A DNA stretch of 63,440 bases, taken from positions 49,282,592 through 49,346,031 of the forward strand of contig JBOZIK010000001.1 in NCBI GenBank assembly GCA_051453625.1. Direction: 5' to 3'. This stretch comes from Welwitschia mirabilis (lineage: Eukaryota). Positions 53,301 through 63,440 of the stretch are shown piece by piece (position 1 is the first letter of the stretch; every line of letters starts with the position of its first letter). The notes under the pieces are model-generated. The model did no database searches. It saw only the letters and a list, made by a program, of their open reading frames with translations, and had not been told where the DNA came from. Both the position numbers and the translations under genes were made by a program.

Positions 53301-54562
53301 TGTTACAATGCCAAATTGTATGTATTTAATAGGGTATTTTAAGTACTTTTGTAAGATATTTAGATAGGTTTGGATGGAGTTTTGACAATTATGAAGAATC
53401 AATGAAATTATCACAAAAACATGTAATCCTTAGCAGATTTGAATGCATTCTGAGTAAATTTTAACACTCAATAATCTTAGGAGGAGTTCAATGATCTAAA
53501 AGGCTAGTTTTTCCTAGCTGAAAAAATTAGTAGGATGTCATCTCCATCATCATTCAGATGATAGTACTAGACAATAGCATATTATAAGTCGACAAAGATG
53601 CTAATTTAGACTAGAGCTGGAAGATGATGTGTTATCTTTTATGATATGGCATCTTTCCCATGATTATCTAGACGATAGTCAAGATGATATTTATTTTATA
53701 TAACTAATGTACCTAACTTTGTAATCGAGTTACATGCCCATTTAGGCTATTAGGGTTTTGTCTAGTCCATCAGGATTTTTTTTTAATATTCCATGTAAAT
53801 GCTATAAGTACTTCGTTGCCCTCATTTTTAAAATCATCTTTTATACCTAAAAGTTTTATGATGAGAGATTGAAGGGCAAGATATCCATCTAGAGCTATAG
53901 ATAGAAGTCTTTCTTAGTGTTAAGTTATGTATCCTCCATTGAGGTTCTTTTGTTTTGTAAGAAAATGCTTGGTTCAAGATTAATGAAATAGTACTTTATC
54001 TTCATTATGTGCATTTACCTCATGGTTTATATTGGTTATAATTCTATGACAGCTTTATAGTCAATACAGGTCATAAGAGCAATCTTTGATAAGTTGATAT
54101 TATCAGTTTAGATCTTACATTTAATTCGTTATTATATTTTCATAAATAGAATAGTTACATTCCATTATATTATGTCTTATTTTTCTTATCACCTACATTA
54201 ATTAGAATTTAGTAATAGTATTTCATAATTGATTTAGATTATAAAGGCTAATCTTGATGACAGATGTTAGTAGTAAAGTAGATCTATTACTTAGAGTATT
54301 TCCCATTGCATTTCATTTATATGATTTGCATTAGTATTATCTTGCATTGTATTTCTACATTTTTCTTATTTTCATTTACTTAAATAAAAAACAATAAAAA
54401 TACTTTGTTAAAATAAATTCTTTAACTTTGATCCTAGTACCTTTAATAGATTATGACATTTGAGTTAACTCTCATCCATACTAGCATGTGTTTTATGTAA
54501 GGATTTATAATTAAAAGGAATTTCTTAAGGACTTGGTGATTACATAAATATCCATTGCAATG
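53301..54562 (+). mobile_element. 3' LTR of element A
   Basis: Starts tgttacaatgccaaattg. Colinear with 11987-13248. Followed by TSD gatct. Confidence 0.88.
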
Positions 54563-54567
54563 GATCT

Positions 54568-55697
54568 TTTAGCCATTTCTTCCTCCATCATTTAATATAA
54601 ATTTTATTTGGACGAGAATGCTAAAACCATTAGATAACCAGAATGGAGCCTTAACCAGGCTCTTAAACAAGTAGTAAAGGAAGAAACCATCAAATTTATG
54701 GATGTAGGAATTATTTATACCATTTTTTATAGTGAATGAATTACTCATATTACTATAAGACCTAAAAAATATGGGAATTAATTAGTTTACATTGATTTTA
54801 TAAATCTTAATGATGTTATCAAAAAAAGATCATTATCCATTATCATTTCTAGATCAAGTTTTTGATCAGATCCAAGGCCATACATATTATTTCTTTCTTG
54901 ATGGATATAATGGTTATGATTAAGTATGCATAGTCATTAAAGATCAAACCAAAATAACATTACCTCCCTTCTTAGTACCTTTTCCTTTAAAATAATGCCC
55001 TTTGGTTTATGTAATATACTTGAAACCTCTTGACGCCCTTGATGGGTATATTTTTAGATATGACTGAAGAGTCTATAGAAATATTTATGGATGATTTTTC
55101 TATTTTTGGGAATTCTTTTAAGCAAACGTTAGAGAGATTGAAAAGAGTCATTAACTAATGCATAAAACATGGCCATCATCTAAGTTTAGAAAAGAGTTAC
55201 TTTTTAGTAAGGGATGGAATAGTCTTAGGTCAATGCATGTCTAGTAATGATATTTGAATGAATACTACTAAAATAAACATGATTAGGAACACTACCGTTC
55301 AACTAGTATCAAATAAATCTTGTTTTTTCTTAGCCACACTAGTCTTTATTAAAGATTTATTAAGGACTATTCCAAATTTTGTAAAACTTTTTATTCTTTC
55401 TTATAAAAAGATGTTAAGTTTAATTGGAATAAATCTTTTCAACATGCCTTTGAAAACCTTAAAGACAAAATTAATTTAGCACCTATTATAAAAGGGTCTA
55501 ATTTAAATAAAGACTTTAAACTTATGTGTGATGCAAGTAATATAGCTCTAGGTAAAGTATGGGCATACAAACATGAGAAAGGATATAAAATTATTTTCTA
55601 CACTAGTAAAACCCTTTTAGGAGTCTAACTTAATTATACCACTACTAAAAATGAAATGCTTGCTAAAATATTTTATCTTGACAAAATTCAACATTAT
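54568..55697 (+). pseudogene. Element D RT and RNase H (continuation of 11986), degenerate
   Basis: LKQVVKEETIKFMDVGIIY, DHYPLSFLDQV, FFLDGYNGY, MPFGLCN, IEIFMDDFSIFG, LMCDASN, NYTTTKNEML. Confidence 0.92.
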
Positions 55698-56802
55698 TGT
55701 TGCACTGCCAACTTACGTGTATTTGATATGGTATTCTAAGTTGTTTTGCAGGTAAATTAGCAGATAAATGCTTAGTTCTCATGATAATGGAGAACCGGTA
55801 TGAAAAGAATGAAAACATGCAATTTCCAAATAAATTATAAGCATTTTATGTAGATATGAATAAATGATATTTTTAATGATAATTCCTGTAAATAATAAGC
55901 AGTTAGACTAACTAAAGATTAACAAAAGACCATTGTCCATCTCATCGTCCAGATGTCTGTCGTGAATGACATCTCCAACTGGTAGATAACATTTGATATG
56001 AAGTTCACAGGCCATTAAACTAGGAGTAAACAAAGATCTAATTATCATTTAGCATTGTCTCCTATAATGTCCGGATGACCAGAAGGATGACACTATTTTC
56101 TAACACTTGTACTGAGAGTCTACCTAAGTTGTCGCCACTTTATTATGACTTTTCCTTGCATGTTAGCTAGGGTTTTTTCTATACTTTTCTATTAGTTTCC
56201 CTTCCTTTTTTGTCTATAAATAAGGATCTCCCCCTCGATTCCTAATTATCTTTAATAGTACTTGACATACTCATGATAGGAGATCTTAAGACTAGAGAAC
56301 CATTCTGTAATTGTAGAGATATGTTTCCTTGGTATTGGATGGAGTTTCCTACATTGAGAAACGGATACTTTGTAATGCAGATGTGATAACATTTTCAATA
56401 ATAAAATATTTATTTTATGTTTAATATATGAAGGATCTTCTCCCTCATAGTTTATATTATTTGAGATTTGGTGATAAGCTTCTTTTGTTATATAGATTAT
56501 GAGGGTAACCTTTGTCAAGGTTGAGCTTAGTTAGTTTAGGTGTACTTTTATTTCCTTTTCTAGATTAGTTTTGCATAAATATGTTTTATTTTAATTCCAT
56601 GCATAGCAATTTATTTCAATAGATTAGGGTTACATAATTTTCTCTTAAAAGCAACTCTTTATTTTTCATACTTTATCCTTCGACAGAATTGCAACATCTT
56701 GGATCACTCCCATCTATACTAGTGTGTTGTATTTGTGCATATTAATTATGATTAACAGGATTCAGCTCAGGACGTAAACATTGCATAATATGCACTGCAA
56801 CA
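55698..56802 (+). mobile_element. Solo LTR of family C without matching TSD
   Basis: Perfect termini TGTTGCA...TGCAACA. Flanks ATTAT and ATCCA differ. No adjacent PBS or PPT. Confidence 0.85.
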
Positions 56803-57200
56803 ATCCACCATTGGTACTATTATTAATAGATCATTACTTGGTAATACCTCTAAGGAGGACTTCAATGTCATGAATACTCTAATGATTGTTTTCATCATCT
56901 TCACTTCCTTCCTAAAATGTACATACCATCTCTCCTCCGTGTAGAAACACCCAATTAAAACAAAACTTTCCTTTTCATTTATGGTGATATTCAGTGTTAA
57001 ATCCTTTAAGAAAAGCCTTTTCATTTTTCTCGGAACTGTAATAGCATAAAAAAATTAGGATGAGTTAATACACTTTCCACCTAATTACCTACCCCCTCTA
57101 TCTCATGATTGCATTATTACTTGGTTACCTAGTTCAATTCGTCCTTCTTACTCTTTATCATAACCATTATTTTCCTAAAATGCAAATTGAACTTCTACCT
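56803..57200 (+). pseudogene. Possible highly decayed Gypsy (chromovirus-like) protease-RT linker fragment
   Basis: FPPNYLPPLSHDCIITWLPSSIRP resembles LPP.R.HDH.I.L.PGS.P. Weak signal. Confidence 0.3.
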
Positions 57201-59059
57201 TCCTCTTTTCCAAAATGCTAAATGCAATGCCCTAAAAAAAGAATTTAATGCATGGCAATAGGTTTTAAAAAAATCATAAAAGAGTAGATAAGATCAGTGA
57301 AAATCTGAGAGGCCGAATGATCCACACAGAAATCCATTAAGCACTACATCAAGTGCAAGTAGTTCAAATCATATAATGTTCTATACAAAGTTGTAAAAAT
57401 CGTTAGTAATAATCACTCATAACATGATATATTAAGGATGATTGTTAAAACATAACTTAGTTGCTAGGATAGTCCAATCAGTTATGTAAGGAAAAAAAAA
57501 CTAAAATGATGGTCCAAGTTGCAAATCCCACTCATGATAATTTTTTTTGGGACTTCTTACCATTTAAATAAAGTTTCATATATAAGGGCCATTATAGATA
57601 ATCCACTTCTTAATAAATTTTTACAAATTATAAATTACAAACTTTCTTTGGTTAAAATATAATAGAACCCATTCAATGATGATCTTACTTCATTCATAGA
57701 ATACATTTCAAATTATATATCAAACTAACTAGGTAAATTATTACTTGGCTTATGTAATAGAAGCAATTAAAAAGTAACTAATATAATTATGTGGGCTAAG
57801 CATTTTCTTATATATGCTTAAAACTTTTATTTTCTATGGATTTTACCTAGGTATACAAAATATAAATTGAACATTATGGTTTGAATTACTACTTCATAAA
57901 TTTGTCAATCTTAAGCTAACATGTTGATCATTTCACCTTACCATTTGAATTGTATTAATAAGATTCTCATCCTATTAGTTAATTGTGCATTATCTGACTT
58001 AAAGGTTGAAAGGAGAACATTACATTTTGGTTTCAAAGCCAAGTTTATGAATTTCTTGGGTAAAATAATTAATCAAGCTATTATAAGCCTTAGCATTAAT
58101 CCTAGGAGTTAATATCTTCTTCTATTTTTAATAGGAATTTATTATGTTATTACCTTTCTAGACGACCGACCATTGTTTAAGGTTTGGATTTATATCCTTA
58201 AAGTGAAGTAAGAAGTAGTAATTCAGAAACCCTTCCCCCAAAAAAGAACAAAGGAAAAAACAATAATAATAGTTTGGCTAGGAGTATCCCTCCCAAGATA
58301 AGTCACTTGTATAAACTAAAGTTACCTTGTAAACTAAACATAAGATGCCATATTAACTAGAAGTTAGATTAGATGTTTAACCCCTCTTGCATCTTGAAAA
58401 TTTTTCTAGAAGTAAGTGTAGCTTCTTATTTAAGTCCTACATATAAAGCTTAGTTAAGTAAGTTATCAGGAAAAGCATATATGCTAAGTGATTTCGACCA
58501 AATAGAATTTTCACGCTTGGAAATTCCTTTAGTATTTTGCATACAAAGGTGTGGGTTGCTACTTATTAAAAAGGAGGTTTTATGCATCACACCAACTAGG
58601 CTTTGTAAATGGCTATTAGTCTAATAGTCTAGTAATAATCTCAAATTAATAAGATATCCTCTTCCATGAATTTAAATAATTATAACTAAATCAACTGGCA
58701 TTGAGATTGAGACTGCTATATCCTCCTCCTTTTGAAATTAAAAAAGTTTCTAAAAAAAAAAGAAGGAGGAATGAATTAATTATGTGAATATAGAATATAA
58801 ATGCAAAGAGAATATGTGATAGGTAGTGCACATGTAGTCAAAAGCAAAAAAGTTAAGGATGAGTGTTATTAGCTAAGCCTCTTACTCAGGAGACTAACAA
58901 CTAATGTTGTATTGAGTTATTTACAAATAGATAAATTGTTGATTAATCAATTATTAAATTAAATTTAAAAACACCTACAAGAATTCTCATGTTGAATTTA
59001 CAATAATAATAAGGTTAAATTTTAAGAAACAAGATGTGTTAATTCTTAAAAGTATTTGA

Positions 59060-60123
59060 TGTTAGATTATGTTTTGCTAATTGATATAAAACTAATGTTT
59101 TCTATATAGTAAATTTTGTGTATCTTGTGCAGAAGATGTTCAATTACTTGCAAATCGAAAAAAGTAACTAAAATCATCAACTTCTAAGTACTAGAAACCT
59201 ATTAGTTCATTTATCCTTAAGATGGGGTTGACCGGATTTTCAAGGAGTCGACTGGACCTGTAACCTCAGGAACTAATGTCCCTAAACTGAATGAAAAGGA
59301 GTCAACTGAATCTTTATGCAGTCGACCAGATTTAAGAACCTAATAAATAATATCCCTAGACTAAATGATAAGGGGTCGATCAGACCTAAGCACTGCGTAG
59401 CTGATACACCTGAACCTATCGTCATGGAGTCGACCGGACACTTGAAGAGGTGGACCAGACTCAATGTAGGAAATTGGAAAGAAATTTTATCAAAGGAGCG
59501 GGTGACTAGATAAATAGTGGCAACTGTACTGAGGTCAACCCGACCTAGATGAGTTCAACTAGACAGGGAGCCATAAGAAATTGAGGCGACCAAATTTTAA
59601 CTTGTGTAACTCACGGCATTACATGGGGTCAACCGAATTTTTGTGGAGTCAACCAAATGGAGAAGAAATGAAATTTTTCTAAATGTTATGTATCCATTAT
59701 GTGGTTGTTAGGTAGTTGTTTTTTAGTTGTTTATAGCCATTGGAAGCACATTTCAAATGTAATAAATCTTAAAAGTCTTCCATTATAAATAGCTAAGACA
59801 TAGATAACCAAGGAATCTTTTGGGAACTATTTTCATTTGGAAAAATATATTAAATCTCAAAGATTAAGCATTGTATTTAAATGATTCTTACTTTTGTATT
59901 TTGACATTCATATTTCTAACCGAAGAAGATCTACTAGTGGCATCCTCTCTATATTCAAGATTGGATCAAGAGCTTTAGTTGTTTTACTTCTACAGGAGAA
60001 CAGCTCCATCAAATTACTGTTTCAAAGAATGAGTGATATCCATGCTCTGAAGGCATCATTACATTACTATCTTAATTTGTGAATGGTTGAGACTAAGCCT
60101 TGAAAAGTTCATTCTAAAGGTTA
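59060..60123 (+). mobile_element. Second Sirevirus-type LTR, truncated by gap
   Basis: Start tgttagattatg... aligns with 4178-4290. Array of ggggttgaccgga / ggagtcgactgga / ggagtcgaccgga at 59224-59657. TATA ttataaata at ~59783. Confidence 0.78.
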
Positions 60124-60223
60124 NNNNNNNNNNNNNNNNNNNNNNNNNNNNNNNNNNNNNNNNNNNNNNNNNNNNNNNNNNNNNNNNNNNNNNNNNNNNN
60201 NNNNNNNNNNNNNNNNNNNNNNN

Positions 60224-63200
60224 TCCATGCATTGAAATTTATTTCAGTAGATTAGGTTTACATAATTTTTTCTTGAAAGCAACTCTTTTATTTTCATACT
60301 TTGGCCTTCGATGGAATTACGACATTCAGATCACTCCCGTCTCTACTAGTGTGTTGTGTTTGTACATCTTAATTGCGATTAATACGATTCAGCTCAGGAT
60401 GTAAACATTGCATAAATACATACTGCAACATCTTAGTGCCATTATCAGGGAAGGCTGTTCGGAATTCGAGAGTTCTCATTGCTTCAGTGAATATTCTGAA
60501 TGTTTGCTATAGCAGCGGTGTACTAGTCCCTGCTGTAAGTTTTTTTGTTTTTGATTTTTTTTACTAATCTTTAACATCTTATTTGTCATCTAGATATCAC
60601 AGTCATACGAATGTTCCATTTCTGCTGTCCTTCTTTTAGTGGTTTTCTATGTTTCTATCATCCAGGTTATTGTCTGGACGACATATAGGATCATACCTTT
60701 TCAAACAGAGTCTAAATGGTTAAAATTGAAAAAAGGGAAAAATATCAAAGAGAGTAACGTTTGATTGCTGAAAATATCAAAGAATTTTTGATAAATTTTG
60801 AAATTGAAACAAATCAAAATAGCAAAAATATGCAAGATTTAGAATTTCCTATAATTCTGCTTTTAATTCTGTAGAGTCTGATTTTACTATCATGTCGACC
60901 TCTATCCAAAAGATTAAATAACCTATCTCTCCAAATCCATCCCCTGTCATTGGAACCCTTACTTCTACTCCTTCTCAACCTAATACTTATACTACTTTAA
61001 GAGATCTCATAGTAACTAAAAAATATGAAATCCAAAATTCTTTTGACTTACCTCCCTTTGATGATGTAAAACTTTGAAACTTGAATGCTTACCTTACCTT
61101 TAGTAGAGAACTTGATGAAGACCCTCTACAACACATTGTCTAAATCGAACAACTTATCCTTACTTCCAGAATGGTAAAAAATGAATAAGTGATAGAACCT
61201 ATATGGTTATCTTTTCCATGATCTTGAGAGATAAAGTAAAACTTTAGCTTATAATGATTTCTCAAAAGAGCCTAAAATCTTGGAGTCAAGTTTAAGAATC
61301 CTTAATCAAGAGATTCATGAGCAAAACCATCATCCAAAAGAATAAGAAAGAATTCACAAACTTCTAACAATTAGCTAACGAAAACTATGCCTCTTCTTAG
61401 GAGCAATTCTTTATTACTTTACATTCAAATCCCGTAGACACCTTTTCAGAGGTAGAGTTAATTAACTATTTTTATAGTATATTGAACAGTCATACCAAAC
61501 AACTTATAGATTTCTCTTTTGGAGGAAACCTCTTAAACCAAACCTTAGAAGATGCTTGAAAGGTGTCGGATGATTTAAGTAGAAGTAAATTAAACTTAGC
61601 CTAAACCCTCCTTTAGATAAAACCAAATCATAAGCCAAATCATTAAGGATCTAAAAGAAGTTAAATATGAGAAGAATGAAACCAAAATAAAAATTAAACC
61701 AACTACCATCATTAAGGATTTTACTTCTACCTTAGAGAAATACACCCAAATGATCCTTGATGCTAAAGTGGCAATTGAGAAGAGTAAAGTTATTATTCCA
61801 ATATGCAATTTGTGTGAAAATAGCTATCACATCATGAAATAGTACCCTTTACTTCCTACTTACAAGGAGAAAATCTATGAAAAAGTATGCTCTTTCAACC
61901 AAAGTCCTTCTAACTACCCAAAAAACAATGATAAAAGACAAGTCCCAAGTCACAATTTTCAAAATAAGATAAGTAAACAACCAAATTCTAGAAACTTTTA
62001 AACACTTTTTCCTATTTACTAGCCTGTCAAAAGTCGATTTGAAAATCTAAACTTTCAATCCAACCATCCCAATAACTTGGCAAGCCCTTCCAACTCCTAA
62101 AACTATAGTGATCCTCTTAGGAATTTTATTGAGGAGCTAAGAAAAACTCAAAAAAAGACAAATGCAAACATAAAAAATTTTGTGAATATTTTATAACAAA
62201 CCATGCTTGCCAACCAAAGACCATAAAGGACCCTTGATACTCAACCCTTATCGAATCCTAACAAAATATGAAAATATTGTAAGGTGATGATAAGGAGTGG
62301 AAATAATACAACTCCCCCTACTCATGAGGCTTCAAATTCCTAAAATAATAAGAACGATGAGGAAGAGGACATAGAAATCTTAAAAAATCATTCCTTTCCT
62401 TCTTCATTTAGAAACAAAAATAAAAANNNNNNNNNNNNNNNNNNNNNNNNNNNNNNNNNNNNNNNNNNNNNNNNNNNNNNNNNNNNNNNNNNNNNNNNNN
62501 NNNNNNNNNNNNNNNNNNNNNNNNNNNNNNNNNNNNNNNNNNNNNNNNNNNNNNNNNNNNNNNNNNNNNNNNNNNNNNNNNNNNNNNNNNNNNNNNNNNN
62601 NNNNNNNNNNNNNNNNNNNNNNNNNNNNNNNNNNNNNNNNNNNNNNNNNNNNNNTCCTTCAGAAATAGATTTGAACATCCAAATTTTTAATTCAACCATC
62701 CAAATAATTTGGAAAGCCCTTCCAACTCCCAAAACCATAGTGATCCTCTTAGGAATTTTATTGAGGAGTTGAGAAAAACTTAAGAGAAGATAAACACAAA
62801 CATAGAAAATCTTGTAAATATCTTACAAAAACCATGCTTGTCTTGTAAATATCTTACAAGAACCATGCTTGCTAATCAAAGACCACAAGGGATCTTTTCC
62901 ACTCAACCTTTACTTAACCCTAATGAAGTATGAAAATATTGTAAGGTGGTGATAAGAAATAAAAATAACACAACTTCCCCTACTTATGAGGCTTCAACTT
63001 CCCAAAATAATAAACATGATGAAGAAGAGGATATAGAAATCTTAGAAAATCATTCCTTCCTTTCCTCACATAGCAACAAAAAGAAAGGACCTTTAAAAAA
63101 TAAACCTACTACGTCATGGCTTGATAGACTTAACACAAACCTCATCTTTGATGATTATTTGAAAGCCTTAATGCAAAATGTGATCATTAACTTACCTTTG

Positions 63201-63440
63201 TAGAAATTATTGCAAGAGAACTCCAAATATTCTAAGCTATAGAAAAACCTAATAAGAAGGAAATAAAAATGATTCATCCCTAGTAAAGTCTTCTTAGCTC
63301 AATTCATTAGCACCTTGGTTTCCAAGAAGTGTCCAAAGTTTAAAGATCCGAGAGCAATAACTGTTAGTGTCACTTTAGAGGGGAATCATAGAATTAAGAA
63401 AGCCTTAATAGACATAAGAGCTAGTGTCAATATTATGCCC
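60224..63440 (+). mobile_element. Athila family-C element E: end of 5' LTR (to 60430), PBS 60434-60451, gag and start of protease
   Basis: LTR end tactgcaaca matches 56600-56802. PBS tagtgccattatcaggga. Gag LPTFSRELDEDPLQH and ICNLCENSYH. KFKDP and KKALIDIRASVNIMP at the window end. Confidence 0.88.

Larger units (their letters stand above)
11987..54562 (+). mobile_element. Non-autonomous Athila-derived element A (outer boundaries, with nested insertions)
   Basis: Matching LTRs 11987-13248 and 53301-54562. Perfect TSD GATCT (11982-11986 and 54563-54567). Host RT sequence rejoins across the insertion. Confidence 0.88.

Noticed and set aside
57200..59059. Possible host exons or Sirevirus PPT region
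   Set aside because: No convincing ORF, splice structure or terminal PPT next to the 59060 LTR. Left unassigned.
62030..63090. Apparent tandem duplication of gag across the gap
   Set aside because: The two sides are diverged copies flanking an N gap, and I cannot distinguish a nested sibling from mis-scaffolding.
1..63440. Fungal RIP as the cause of the transitions
   Set aside because: The elements are plant lineages (Athila, Sirevirus), and the loss pattern includes CG and CHG contexts, consistent with plant methylation-driven deamination.

Overview
This is an AT-rich plant genomic window with no intact host gene, RNA gene or CRISPR array. Almost all of it is a deeply nested stack of old, C-to-T/G-to-A eroded LTR retrotransposons. 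Left end: a Gypsy (Athila-type) 3' LTR (80-1140) interrupts the RT of a Sirevirus/SIRE-type Copia element (RT-RNaseH, extra 'env-like' ORF, multiple PPTs, 3' LTR to ~5595). Centre: a four-level nest reconstructed from target-site duplications and rejoined host sequence. Athila element D (from 6899) is split inside RT by non-autonomous element A (11987-54562, TSD GATCT). A contains a minus-strand relative A2 and Gypsy element B (22620-52001, TSD CTCAC/CTCAT). B contains a three-LTR Athila composite C (28960-43638). Right end: a solo LTR with mismatched flanks, a second Sirevirus LTR, and the 5' half of another Athila. The most interesting signals are: (i) a long unrecognised ORF in non-autonomous family A that is conserved in a second copy; (ii) a ~7 kb 3' region of element B with sense and antisense ORFs of unknown function and a repeat array; (iii) homologous extra ORFs in both the Copia and Gypsy elements, together with element-specific CG/CHG-rich palindrome arrays. 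All calls come from reading and hand-translating the sequence. No database search was run, and boundaries of degenerate ORFs are approximate.
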